From Planctomycetota bacterium (GTDB lineage: Bacteria; Planctomycetota; Phycisphaerae; Phycisphaerales; UBA1924): a stretch of 64,000 bases of DNA. Shown here one piece after another: positions 50,093 through 60,097 of this stretch (the stretch's first letter is position 1; each line of letters starts with the position of its first letter). Position numbers and translations under genes: made by a program. The stretch is from NCBI GenBank assembly GCA_023432465.1, contig JAEYUO010000117.1, forward strand, positions 25,239 through 89,238, read 5' to 3'. The notes beneath the pieces were generated by a model, which was not told the DNA's origin, did no database searches, and worked only from the letters and a program-made list of their open reading frames with translations.

Positions 50093-52066
50093 ATGGTGAT
50101 GAGATTCCACAACGCGATACGTTGCCTGGCCGCATCGTGGTTCGTCTTGGCAACATGCTGCCTGGCCACATTTGGCCACGCGTCGGCCTCACAAGCGCTC
50201 GAGTCAGACCCCGGGGTGGCGCCCTCGCCCGCCGCGGCGATGGTGGCCTATCGCGAGGTTGACGGCTGGGTGAGGTCGTGGAGCGTGCCCGACCTGAGCC
50301 CCGAGGCTGCTGCGGCCTTCGTCGAAGCAGCGGGCGGAAGGGTGGGCGGGGTGCATGTGCAGCTTCGGCTGGATGGGCTGCTTGTGGGGCGTGGGCAGGC
50401 GCTCGTGGCGGCTGGAAAGTCTCCGGTTGCCTCGCTGCTTGCGGCGACCCGGGATGCAATGCTCGCGGCGGAATCGCGGATGCAGCTCCCCAATGACGCG
50501 ATGCGAGATGCCGCGCTTCTGGAGCAGGCGTCGCGATTGATGATCAGCCTCGAACTGGCCGGGCAGATGATCGCGTTCGATCCCGCAACGTGGGCAGAGG
50601 CGGAACTCATGCTCTCGCCGGGGCTGGAAGGTGTCGCCGTGATGATTCATGACGGCGCCGGCGGGACGGGCGAGCTGCACGCCGCCTTTCCTTCGATGCT
50701 GATCACGACCAACACGCTGCCGCATCGGGCCTTGGGCGGTCTGTGTGCGAGCGCGCTGGGCGAGGGCGGGGCCGCGGCAGCGCTGGACCAGCCGCAGCAG
50801 ATCCGCTCGCGCCACGGTGTGCGGATGTACCGGTTTCGTACGACGCACCTGGCCCAGTGCAAGCCCGGGGCCGAGCCGGTGTTTCTGTTTCGAGGCGCGA
50901 GGTTAATCGATCAGTCGGAGATGACGGCGGCGGAGCTTCGGCGGATGGCGGACCGAATGGTCATGCACATGGCGGCGACACAGGCCGGACACCTCGGGCG
51001 CACATACTTGCCGGGAACCGGCACGTACAGCGGGTCACGCCCACTGAAGGAGTCGATCGCTCTTCGATTGGTCGCTCTGCGGGCGTACATGGAGGCTGCC
51101 CAAAGCGGCGCGAGTTTGGGCGCGGTGGAGCAGGCGCAGTCCGCATGGACCGCGGCGGCGACGTGGTCGCATTCCGCGGCGGGTTCCTTCGATGGCGATG
51201 CCGATGCCGCAATGTTCCTTCAGGCCATCGCTGCTTCACGCAGAGATGACGCAGATCTTTCAGCGGAACGCGCTTCGGATCCTGCGGCGGCTGCCGCCGG
51301 ATCGGTGCGCTGGGTAGCAGGGCGATCGTGGTCCGATGGCCGGATGCTCGACACCCTCTCGAAGCCTGTGAAAAGCGTTGCCGCCTTGGCCTATGCAAAG
51401 TACCCAGCATCGCGGCGATCGCTCTCCAAAGGTGAGTCGGAGGCGCGGACATTTGAGGAGCACGAGATCGAGATCAGGAACTGGGTCGCCACGGTTCCGC
51501 ACGGCGAGTTTGTGTCGCACATGCCGTGGCTGGGGTGGGCGGAGGTCGAGCTTGCCAAACGCAAGGCGGAGGCGAGCGGGCAGTCCGCTGACATTCCCTC
51601 CGCGATCGCGCTGCGTGAGATGCGCCAGCAAGTGTGGGAGCACCAGGTCGGCGCGGTTGACATCGATGAAGACTCGCTCGATCTTGCCGGCGGGATTGTG
51701 TTCACCAAGGGGGCCTCGCCCTTGCCGACGTGGCAGTGCACGCGGCCGCTCGCGTTCATCGCGACGATGCTCGCCGATGCCCGTTTGACCGAGCCCAAAG
51801 AGCGGAATCAGGAACTCGGCAGGCTGCTTCATGCCCTCCGGTTCATCCGGCAGTTGCAGGTCGATGAGTCTGTCGGTTGGATGGCACCCAAGCCCGGTCA
51901 GGCGGTGGGCGGTGTTCGCGCTGCACCGTGGGACCACTCGATGCCCCCCGATGCCACGAGCATGGCGCTGCTCGTGGTTGTCGAGACGCTGAAGTCGCTC
52001 GAGGCGCTCAGCAAAGCGGCCAAGCCGGCGGCGGAGCCGGCTGCACCCGCCGGAATGGTGCCCTGA
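50093..52066 (+). CDS. Hypothetical secreted protein (~657 aa)
   Basis: ORF 49604..52066 cannot start before the rpsA terminator. ATG 50093/50099 gives the signal peptide 'M(VM)RFHNAIRCLAASWFVLATCCLATFGHASA'. I recognise no confident family. Confidence 0.55.
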   Translation: MVMRFHNAIRCLAASWFVLATCCLATFGHASASQALESDPGVAPSPAAAMVAYREVDGWVRSWSVPDLSPEAAAAFVEAAGGRVGGVHVQLRLDGLLVGRGQALVAAGKSPVASLLAATRDAMLAAESRMQLPNDAMRDAALLEQASRLMISLELAGQMIAFDPATWAEAELMLSPGLEGVAVMIHDGAGGTGELHAAFPSMLITTNTLPHRALGGLCASALGEGGAAAALDQPQQIRSRHGVRMYRFRTTHLAQCKPGAEPVFLFRGARLIDQSEMTAAELRRMADRMVMHMAATQAGHLGRTYLPGTGTYSGSRPLKESIALRLVALRAYMEAAQSGASLGAVEQAQSAWTAAATWSHSAAGSFDGDADAAMFLQAIAASRRDDADLSAERASDPAAAAAGSVRWVAGRSWSDGRMLDTLSKPVKSVAALAYAKYPASRRSLSKGESEARTFEEHEIEIRNWVATVPHGEFVSHMPWLGWAEVELAKRKAEASGQSADIPSAIALREMRQQVWEHQVGAVDIDEDSLDLAGGIVFTKGASPLPTWQCTRPLAFIATMLADARLTEPKERNQELGRLLHALRFIRQLQVDESVGWMAPKPGQAVGGVRAAPWDHSMPPDATSMALLVVVETLKSLEALSKAAKPAAEPAAPAGMVP

Positions 52067-52264
52067 CCCGATGATTCCCAGGCTCTTTGGAGCCCTTTGA
52101 GAGGGGTGGGAATCGCCTGGTTGGCGGGGAAATCCAGTGGCGTTTCGCCTAGAATACTTGCTCGATTTTCTCGCGCAAGCAACGCGGGTTTCGACGCGAC
52201 TTTGCCCCTTGTTTTGCGGCGATTTCCGGCACGCTCCGGCCGGCCGATTGAACCGAGGAAACGG

Positions 52265-55084
52265 ATGTCCGACACCCCTTCGACCCCCGGCTCTGCAACG
52301 ACCTCCAGCCGCCCGCCAACCGAGGTGAGCGCAAACGGAAGCGGACCCGCGGCGGCCGGCGGCAGCGCAGACTCGGGAGGGGCGATCCCTCCCGGCGACG
52401 GCGGTGGTGGGGGCGCATCGGGAGGCAGCGAGTCCGGCGGGGGCGGCGGCCACATCGTTGATCTCAATCTCGAACGCGAGCTGCAGGACTCGTACCTGAC
52501 CTACGCGATGAGCACGATCATGGACCGGGCGCTGCCCGATGTCCGCGACGGGCTCAAGCCGTCTCAGCGACGCATCCTGGTCGCCATGAACGACCTGAAG
52601 CTGTCGCCCGGGAAGAAGCACCTGAAGTGCGCCAAGATCTGCGGCGATACCTCGGGCAACTATCACCCGCACGGCGAGTCGGTGATCTATCCGACCATGA
52701 CCAACATGGGCCAGAACTGGCGCATGCGGGTGACACTGGTCGATCCGCAGGGCAACTTCGGCTCCATCGCGCCCGACCCGCCGGCCGCGATGCGTTACAC
52801 CGAGGCCCGCATGACGCAGGCAGCGGTCGACATGCTCGAGGACATCAACCTCGACACGGTCGACATGGTGGCCAACTACGATGACCGCCTGCTCGAACCG
52901 ACCGTCCTGCCGGGGAAGTTCCCGAACCTGCTGGTGAATGGCGGTGTCGGCATCGCGGTCGGCATGGCGACCTCTCTCTCGCCGAACAATCCCGTCGAGG
53001 TTCTGGATTCCATCATCCGTGTCGTCGAGAACCCCGAACTGCCCCTGTCGGACATCATGCAGGATGTCCTCGATGCCGAGGGCAACATCCTGCGCCGCGG
53101 CATGAAGGGGCCGGACTTCCCTACCGGCGGCCTCGTGCTGGGTATCGGCGGCATCGTCGATGCCTACGCGACCGGGCGCGGCAAGGTCACGCTCCGCGGC
53201 CGTGTCCGTGTCGAGCCGCTCGAGGGCTCCAAGGACCGCCAGCAACTGATCATCGAGAAGATCCCGTTCAACCTCGGCCTGACCACGCTGATCGAACGCA
53301 TCAGCGATGCGATCGAGGCGGGCAAGATCACCGACATCTCCGATGCCCGCGATGAAAGCTCGGCCAAGAGCCCCGTGCGGGTGGTGATCGAGCTCAAGCG
53401 CGGCGCGGATGCCGCCGTAGTCGAGAACCAGCTCTACGAGTTCACGCCTCTCCAGCAGACCTTCAGCATCTCCAACATCGCGCTGGTGAACCGCCAGCCG
53501 CGAACGCTGTCGCTCAAGGAACTCATCCGGTACTACATCGAGCACCGGGCCAACGTCATCCGCCGCCGCACCGCGCACCTGCTGGCCGAGGCCAAGAAGC
53601 GGGCCCACGTGCTGGAGGGCATGATCTTTGCGGTCTGCGATATCGATGAGGTCATCCGGCTGATCCGTTCCAGCCAGACGCGGGCCGAAGCGCTCGACAA
53701 GCTCATGGAGAAGCGGTTCCGCATCGCGGCATCGCACCCGTTCGCTTCCCAGATTCCCGCTCGACTGATGGACCAGGTCCGGCGGTCGGAGAATCGCGAT
53801 GGCGGTCCGGGCGTTTCGCTCTCACGTGTGCAGGCCGAGACGATCTGCAACATGCGGCTCTCGCAGCTTGTCGGGCTGGAGATTGAACGACTGGTCGATG
53901 ATTACCGCCAGGTGGTTGAGCAGATCGCGGACTTCGAGGACATCCTCGCGACGCCGGCACGTGTGAACGCGATCATCATCGCGGACTGCGAGCAGATGAA
54001 GGCCCGGTACGGCGGGAAGCTGGGCGATCGGCAGACCGAGATCCAGGAGGCCGGCGACGGCGCGAACATCAACCTCGAGCACCTGATCCAGGTCGAGGAC
54101 ATGGCCGTGACCATCTCCAACCAGGGGTACGCCAAGCGCGTCGTGCTCTCGACCTATCGCCAGCAGGGCCGCGGCGGGAAGGGCATTATCGGCGGGGCCA
54201 CCAAGGACGATGATTTCATCGAGCACATGTTTGTCGCGTCCACGCACGACGATCTGCTGTGCTTCACCAACACCGGACGGGTGTTCAAGATCCGGGTGTA
54301 CGAGCTGCCCGAACTGCCGCGGACCAGCAAGGGCCGCCCGATCGTCAACTTCATCGACCTGAAGCCGGGCGAATCCGTTCGCGCGTTCCTGCCCGTGAAG
54401 AACTTCGAAGCCGGGAGCACGTACCTCACCTTCGTGTCGGCCCAGGGCATCGTCAAGCGAACACCGCTCAAGGACTATCGCAATGTTCACAAGAGCGGCC
54501 TGATCGCGGTCGGCCTCAAGGACGATGACCGTCTGCTCGATGTGCTCGAAACCACGGGCAGCGACGACATTCTTCTCGCGACTGCCGAGGGCATGTCGAT
54601 CCGCTTTGATGAACAGGATGTCCGTGTCATGGGCCGTCCCGCCGCGGGTGTCAAGGGCATCGACCTTGCCGAGGGCGATGAGGTAATCGGCGTCGTCCGC
54701 GTGCCGATGCGGCGCGAGGGCGACGAGACGACCACCATCGATCCGACGCTCACGCTGCTCACGATCTGCGAGAACGGATACGGCAAGCGAACGCTCGTTG
54801 ATGAGTACCGCGTCGCGCCCGAGACAGGGCCGATGCGGTCGCAGTCTCGCGGCGGCAAGGGCCGTGTGGACATCAACACCTCCGAACGCAACGGCCGCGC
54901 GGTTGCCGCTCTGGGTGTGTGGTCAGGCGACGATGTCGTCGTCACAAGCCGCGGCGGAATGACCGTCCGCATGCCCGTCGGCGAGATCCGCGAAACCGGC
55001 CGAGGTACGCAGGGCGTGCGCATCGTCAAGCTCGACGAGGGCGACAAGGTCGTCGCCGCGGCGCGAGTGGCCAACGAGGAGTGA
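52265..55084 (+). CDS. gyrA: DNA gyrase subunit A
   Basis: ORF 52097..55084; the start is ATG 52265, with AGGAA upstream. It carries 'YLTYAMSTIMDRALPDVRDGLKPSQRRIL' and 'GNYHPHGESVIYPTM'. C-terminal beta-pinwheel repeats are present. Confidence 0.9.
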   Translation: MSDTPSTPGSATTSSRPPTEVSANGSGPAAAGGSADSGGAIPPGDGGGGGASGGSESGGGGGHIVDLNLERELQDSYLTYAMSTIMDRALPDVRDGLKPSQRRILVAMNDLKLSPGKKHLKCAKICGDTSGNYHPHGESVIYPTMTNMGQNWRMRVTLVDPQGNFGSIAPDPPAAMRYTEARMTQAAVDMLEDINLDTVDMVANYDDRLLEPTVLPGKFPNLLVNGGVGIAVGMATSLSPNNPVEVLDSIIRVVENPELPLSDIMQDVLDAEGNILRRGMKGPDFPTGGLVLGIGGIVDAYATGRGKVTLRGRVRVEPLEGSKDRQQLIIEKIPFNLGLTTLIERISDAIEAGKITDISDARDESSAKSPVRVVIELKRGADAAVVENQLYEFTPLQQTFSISNIALVNRQPRTLSLKELIRYYIEHRANVIRRRTAHLLAEAKKRAHVLEGMIFAVCDIDEVIRLIRSSQTRAEALDKLMEKRFRIAASHPFASQIPARLMDQVRRSENRDGGPGVSLSRVQAETICNMRLSQLVGLEIERLVDDYRQVVEQIADFEDILATPARVNAIIIADCEQMKARYGGKLGDRQTEIQEAGDGANINLEHLIQVEDMAVTISNQGYAKRVVLSTYRQQGRGGKGIIGGATKDDDFIEHMFVASTHDDLLCFTNTGRVFKIRVYELPELPRTSKGRPIVNFIDLKPGESVRAFLPVKNFEAGSTYLTFVSAQGIVKRTPLKDYRNVHKSGLIAVGLKDDDRLLDVLETTGSDDILLATAEGMSIRFDEQDVRVMGRPAAGVKGIDLAEGDEVIGVVRVPMRREGDETTTIDPTLTLLTICENGYGKRTLVDEYRVAPETGPMRSQSRGGKGRVDINTSERNGRAVAALGVWSGDDVVVTSRGGMTVRMPVGEIRETGRGTQGVRIVKLDEGDKVVAAARVANEE

Positions 55085-55139
55085 TCGGCGCGAGCGCGTT
55101 GCGACCGCACCCGCAACCTGCAAAGCCGGCGATCGAGTC

Positions 55140-58100
55140 TCACCAGTCCAGCGGGCTCATCCAAACCTGCGCCAGCTTTTCGACCGGGATCGGGCGAAGC
55201 AACTGCTCGCTCAGGTCCAGACTGCCCGAGTCATCGAGCACGGCGACCACGGCTCTCGACAGCCCGGATGCGGCGAGTGTCGCCTTGACCGCCGGGAGGT
55301 CCTGCTGCCGGACTTCCAGCAGGTAGCGAGAAGGCGATTCGCTGAAGGCGGCGACCGTTCGTCCCAGGAGTGTCTGTGTCTCGCTTGGGACCGCGGAAAG
55401 GTTGACGGCCGCGCCGATAGGCCGCGACGGTGTCGATCCGCCGATGAGCATCTCGGCGAGGGCGACGAGCATGCCGCCCTCTGAGCAATCGTGGGCCGAT
55501 CGCACCAGCCCCATCTCGTGGAGGCGGTAGATCACCCGTGCGGACGTGGGGCCGTTGCGGAGATGGACCCTGGGCACCGCGAGCGAGGGGGGCAGGCCGC
55601 GGTTTGGCGCGTTGCCCTCTGCCGCAGCGGCCAGCTGCGCATCATCGATCCCGATGACCCGCTGATACAGCGAGCCGCCCATGGACGCATCCGTATCGCC
55701 GACGAGCAGGATGGCATTCCCCGGCTGCTTCGCATCGCTCGTCAGACACTTGCGCACATCCGGAACGATTCCGATCCCGGTGATGAGAAGAGTGGGGGGG
55801 ATCTCGATGGTCTTCCCATCACGCGTGGTGAACTGGTTGTTGAGCGAGTCCTTGCCCGAGACAAACGGAGTCCGGTAGGCCAACGCGCCGTCGTAGCACC
55901 CCTCCGCAGCGCGGACGAGCGAGCCCAGGTTCTCCGGCTTGGCGCAGCTTGGCCAGCAGAAGTTATCGAGGATCGCGACCCGATCCGGATCCGCCCCTAC
56001 GCACACCAGGTTGCGAACACATTCGTCGATCGACGCCAGCGCCATCAGATAGGGGTCGCCGCCGACTTCAGGATCGCCCACACCGGTCTGCAAGCCCTGC
56101 GAGACAGCAAGGCCGCGAGTGGACCCTTCAACGGGCAGCAGCACGCTGCCGTTGCCCGGACCGCGCTGCCGCGGGCCGACAAGCGGCTTGATCACCGTCG
56201 CTCCGCGCACCTCGTGGTCATACTGCCGAACGATCCAGTGCTTGCTCGCGATCGTGGGGTGCGAAAGCAGCGCAAGAAGCGAAGCCTCCAGCGACTGGGC
56301 CGCGGCCGCATTCACCGGCGTTCGAGCCTTGCGACGGGGCGTGGCCCATGTCGCATCTCGCGTCGGCGTGGGAATCCCCTCGTGCAGGAAGTGCATCGAG
56401 AGTCGGCCGACCTCGCGGCCCTCCCACATGAGCCGCAGATCCGGGTTCTCTTCGGTTGAGCCCTCCGGTGGCGCAAACTCACCAAGCACCGCGAGTTCGA
56501 CACTCTCTTCATCGCAGATCCGCCGGAGCGCATCGAGGCTCTCCGCCGGCACCGCCAGCACAATTCGCTCCTGCGCCTCGCTGATCCAGATCTCCGTGAA
56601 CGAGAGTCCGGAGTACTTGATCGTCGCACGATCCAGGTGCACCGTTGCGCCGGTGGCCTTTCCCAGCTCGCCGATCGCCGAGGAGAACCCGCCCGCGCCG
56701 CAGTCCGTCATCGCCGAGAACAGCGGTGCATCGGCGCCAAAGCCCTCACCCGCGGCACGCATGACGGCATCAAGCACCTGCTTCTCGGTGATGGCGTTGC
56801 CGATCTGCACCGCATGCGAGAACTCATCGGATGCCGAGTGCTCGAGCTCGGCCGAGGAGAAGGTCGCGCCATGGATGCCGTCCCGCCCGGTGCGCCCGCC
56901 GAGCGCCACGATCAGGTCTCCACGGTTCACCTGGCCGCGAACCCGCGATCGCGGCATCACACCGATGCACCCGCAATACACGAGCGGATTGCCGATGTAT
57001 CGCTCATCAAAGTGCACGCCGCCCGAGACCGTCGGGATGCCCATGCGGTTCCCGTAGTCGCGAACGCCGGCGACGATCTGGGAGAGGATTCTTCGCGGGG
57101 GTAGGCACCCTTCCGGAACGTCCTGTGTGTCCGGCGGTGCAACACAGAACACGTCCGTATTGGCGATCGGCCTCGCGCCAAGGCCCGTCGCGATGACATC
57201 GCGGATGCATCCGCCGACGCCGGTCGCTGCCCCGCCGTAGGGTTCGATCGCGGACGGATGGTTGTGGGTCTCAACCTTGATGCACACGGCGTGATGCGCG
57301 TCGAAGGCGATCACGCCAGAGTTGTCGACAAAGATGGACAGCGTCCAATCCACACCATCGGCGATCAGCCGGTGGGTGGCCGCGGCCACGGTGGACTTGA
57401 GCAGGTTGCGGATGACGATCGAGCCATCGGGCTGTCTCTCGTGGCCGGGGCGGTTGGACCAGTCGATCGGGTCGCTCTGGTCGCTGGATCGCAGCCGGAT
57501 TGTGCTCTTGAGCGTCTTGTGGACGCAGTGCTCGGACCACGTCTGCGCGAGCGTCTCGAGCTCGATCTCCCGAGGATTCCGTCCGAGCGTGCGATAGTGC
57601 GACTGGAGTGCACGCATCTCGTCGATCGACAGGAACAGGTGAGCCTCGCGGGAGAGCCTGGTAAGCTGGTCATCATTCAGCGAGAGCAACTCCACATCGC
57701 GCACGGCATTGTCGTGCGGGCTGGACCGCGGAAAGCTCTGCGGGTGATACGGTTCGGTGACGACGCGCTGGATGACCGGGTTGGCGAGCAGCCTCGCGGC
57801 CAGTTCCGCGGCCTCGTGGGCCGAAAGAACCGTGCCCTTGCTCGGGGTCAGGTCATATCGCCACCCCGTGGTGACTGTCGGCGCCTCTGTGAGCCGGAGC
57901 ATCTCGCAAATGGACGTCTGCACCGAGAGCGCGACCGGGTCCATCACGCCCGGCAGGGGATGGATCTCGACAACCTGCGTGCCCGGGGCAGCCGGGGCGC
58001 TGCCTGTTCGTGACACTTCGGTTACCGGGTCGGTGAGCAGTCGTGATCGGATCGAGTCAACTTGTTCTTCAGACAGCGCGCCCTCGATCAGGTACACATG

Positions 58101-58238
58101 TGTCGCGCGAGCATCGGAGAGCTTGATTCCGGCGGCCGCCGAATCCCGCCGCAGCGAATCGCCAATGGGGTCAGAGACGCCCGGAGCGGGGGAGACTTCG
58201 ATCCGGTGGATGGCGGTCGCGGCGGGAGAGGAGGGCAT
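55140..58238 (-). CDS. purL: Phosphoribosylformylglycinamidine synthase, PurS-PurS-PurL fusion
   Basis: ORF 55140..58910; I moved the start to ATG 58238. The PurL core carries 'QTWSEHCVHKT', 'VETHNHPSAIEPYGGAATGVGG' and 'GRDGIHGATFSS'. The N-terminal ~215 aa holds two PurS-like modules. Confidence 0.9.
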   Translation of the reverse strand: MPSSPAATAIHRIEVSPAPGVSDPIGDSLRRDSAAAGIKLSDARATHVYLIEGALSEEQVDSIRSRLLTDPVTEVSRTGSAPAAPGTQVVEIHPLPGVMDPVALSVQTSICEMLRLTEAPTVTTGWRYDLTPSKGTVLSAHEAAELAARLLANPVIQRVVTEPYHPQSFPRSSPHDNAVRDVELLSLNDDQLTRLSREAHLFLSIDEMRALQSHYRTLGRNPREIELETLAQTWSEHCVHKTLKSTIRLRSSDQSDPIDWSNRPGHERQPDGSIVIRNLLKSTVAAATHRLIADGVDWTLSIFVDNSGVIAFDAHHAVCIKVETHNHPSAIEPYGGAATGVGGCIRDVIATGLGARPIANTDVFCVAPPDTQDVPEGCLPPRRILSQIVAGVRDYGNRMGIPTVSGGVHFDERYIGNPLVYCGCIGVMPRSRVRGQVNRGDLIVALGGRTGRDGIHGATFSSAELEHSASDEFSHAVQIGNAITEKQVLDAVMRAAGEGFGADAPLFSAMTDCGAGGFSSAIGELGKATGATVHLDRATIKYSGLSFTEIWISEAQERIVLAVPAESLDALRRICDEESVELAVLGEFAPPEGSTEENPDLRLMWEGREVGRLSMHFLHEGIPTPTRDATWATPRRKARTPVNAAAAQSLEASLLALLSHPTIASKHWIVRQYDHEVRGATVIKPLVGPRQRGPGNGSVLLPVEGSTRGLAVSQGLQTGVGDPEVGGDPYLMALASIDECVRNLVCVGADPDRVAILDNFCWPSCAKPENLGSLVRAAEGCYDGALAYRTPFVSGKDSLNNQFTTRDGKTIEIPPTLLITGIGIVPDVRKCLTSDAKQPGNAILLVGDTDASMGGSLYQRVIGIDDAQLAAAAEGNAPNRGLPPSLAVPRVHLRNGPTSARVIYRLHEMGLVRSAHDCSEGGMLVALAEMLIGGSTPSRPIGAAVNLSAVPSETQTLLGRTVAAFSESPSRYLLEVRQQDLPAVKATLAASGLSRAVVAVLDDSGSLDLSEQLLRPIPVEKLAQVWMSPLDW

Positions 58239-58277
58239 CCGCGATGATACGCAGGATTGGACGTACACTCGGCGGCC

Positions 58278-58757
58278 ATGACCAACGCCTCGAAGCCCAG
58301 TTCCATGCCGCACGTGTTGCTCTTCACCGACGGCGCGTGCTCCGGCAACCCAGGTCCGGGTGGCTGGGCGTTCGTTCTCAAGCACCCCGCGAGCAACTCC
58401 GTCCGTGAGGATTCCGGCGGAGAACCGCAGACCACCAACAACCGCATGGAGCTCACCGGCGCGATTCGTGGGTTCCAGGCCCTCACCCGCCCATCTCGGG
58501 TTGAGCTTTGGTCTGATTCTGAGTACGTCCTGAAGGGCTTGCGAGAGTGGCTGGCTGGTTGGAAGGCCCGCGGCTGGCGGACGGCCGCCAAGCAGCCTGT
58601 CAAGAACGTGGACCTCTGGCAGGAACTTGACGACCTGGTGCAGGCCCATCAGGTGACCCACCACTGGGTCCGGGGGCATGATGGCCACCCCGAGAACGAG
58701 CGGTGCGACCAGTTGGCGGTCGCGGCCATCGAGCGTGTGCGGTCGGGAAGCCGCTGA
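58278..58757 (+). CDS. rnhA: Ribonuclease HI
   Basis: It carries 'LLFTDGACSGNPGPGGWAFVL', 'TTNNRMELTGAI', 'WSDSEYV' and 'HWVRGHDGHPENERCDQLA'. The start could be 58278 or 58305. Confidence 0.85.
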   Translation: MTNASKPSSMPHVLLFTDGACSGNPGPGGWAFVLKHPASNSVREDSGGEPQTTNNRMELTGAIRGFQALTRPSRVELWSDSEYVLKGLREWLAGWKARGWRTAAKQPVKNVDLWQELDDLVQAHQVTHHWVRGHDGHPENERCDQLAVAAIERVRSGSR

Positions 58758-58974
58758 TCGCCCGAGGCAACCTGGATGCGGGGATGGCCAGGCCCGGGTC
58801 CGGGCACAGCAGTGGGGTGGGTCTGTACGGTCTGTACGGGCGCGTCGGCAAACCTTGCCGCGCTTGCGCCAATCCCCCGTCAATGCGAGGCCCCGCCGGG
58901 CCGATCCCAAGACGCCGAGCGTTCGGCGACCGCTGCGTTGATGCGGCGCGGGACGCGGATGGAGCGACCGACCG

Positions 58975-60030
58975 ATGAAGCTGCTCGATATTCTTAAGAC
59001 GGCGTACGAGTCGGACGCATCCGATATCCACCTGGTTCAGGGGCACGTGCCCATGATCCGGGTGCATCAGGTGATGGCGCCGATGGATCTGCCGGTGATC
59101 ACGCCCGAGATCGCCCGCTCATTCGTTGAGCAGATGGCCAGCAAGGAAGCAGTCGCGAAGTTCGAGCAGGTCAAGGACTCGGACTTTTCATTCTCCGCGC
59201 CGGGCATCGCTCGCTACCGTGTGAACGCCCACATGCAGAAGGGCGGCATCGCGATCGCGATGCGTGCCATCAAGACCAAGGTGCCGCCGCTGTCGGCGCT
59301 CAACCTGCCGGAGGTCATCGCCCGTCTCACCTACCTGCCCCGCGGCCTGGTGCTGGTCACCGGGGACACGGGTTCGGGTAAGTCCACGACGCTCGCGGCG
59401 ATGATCCAGGCGATGAACGATCGCTATCGCAAGCACATCATCACGCTCGAGGACCCCGTCGAGTATCTGTTCCAGTCCAATCGGTGCTTGCTCGAGCAGC
59501 GCGAGCTTGGGCAGGACATGCCCAGCTTCGCCTCCGGTCTGAAGCACGCGCTTCGTCAGGACCCGGACATCATCCTGGTCGGCGAAATGCGAGACCTTGA
59601 AACCACGGCGCTGGCAATCTCCGCCGCCGAAACCGGCCACCTGGTGCTCTCAACCCTCCACACCGTCAACGCCTCGCAGACGGTTGAACGAATCATCGAC
59701 ATGTACCCCGCCGCGCAGCAGAACCAGATCCGGTCCATGCTGGCCAACACGCTGCAGGCCGTCGTCTCCCAGACGCTGTTCAGCCGCATCGACAAGCCGG
59801 GCATGGTCCCCGCGGTCGAGGTGCTGCTGTGCACGCCGGCCGTGCGCAACCTCGTCCGTGAGAATCGAAGCTTTGAAATCCCCAACGTCATCGAGACCAA
59901 CCGCGCGATGGGCATGGTCGGCCTCGATACCGCCATCGCGGAGCTGTACTTCAACGGCATGATCAGCCGCGAGGACGCCATCGCCCAGTCCGCCTTCCCC
60001 GACAAGCTCGAGCGACAGCTCGCCGCATGA
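58975..60030 (+). CDS. pilT: Type IV pilus retraction ATPase PilT family
   Basis: Walker A 'GDTGSGKSTTLAAMI' and 'ILVGEMRDLETT' are present, along with the PilT-type 'PAVRNLVRE' motif. Confidence 0.85.
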   Translation: MKLLDILKTAYESDASDIHLVQGHVPMIRVHQVMAPMDLPVITPEIARSFVEQMASKEAVAKFEQVKDSDFSFSAPGIARYRVNAHMQKGGIAIAMRAIKTKVPPLSALNLPEVIARLTYLPRGLVLVTGDTGSGKSTTLAAMIQAMNDRYRKHIITLEDPVEYLFQSNRCLLEQRELGQDMPSFASGLKHALRQDPDIILVGEMRDLETTALAISAAETGHLVLSTLHTVNASQTVERIIDMYPAAQQNQIRSMLANTLQAVVSQTLFSRIDKPGMVPAVEVLLCTPAVRNLVRENRSFEIPNVIETNRAMGMVGLDTAIAELYFNGMISREDAIAQSAFPDKLERQLAA

Positions 60031-60097
60031 CCGTCGGCGGTTTGTCGAGTGTGTGTTCGATCCGTAGCCCGTTCCTCCGTCAAGGTTGTTCGCACCC

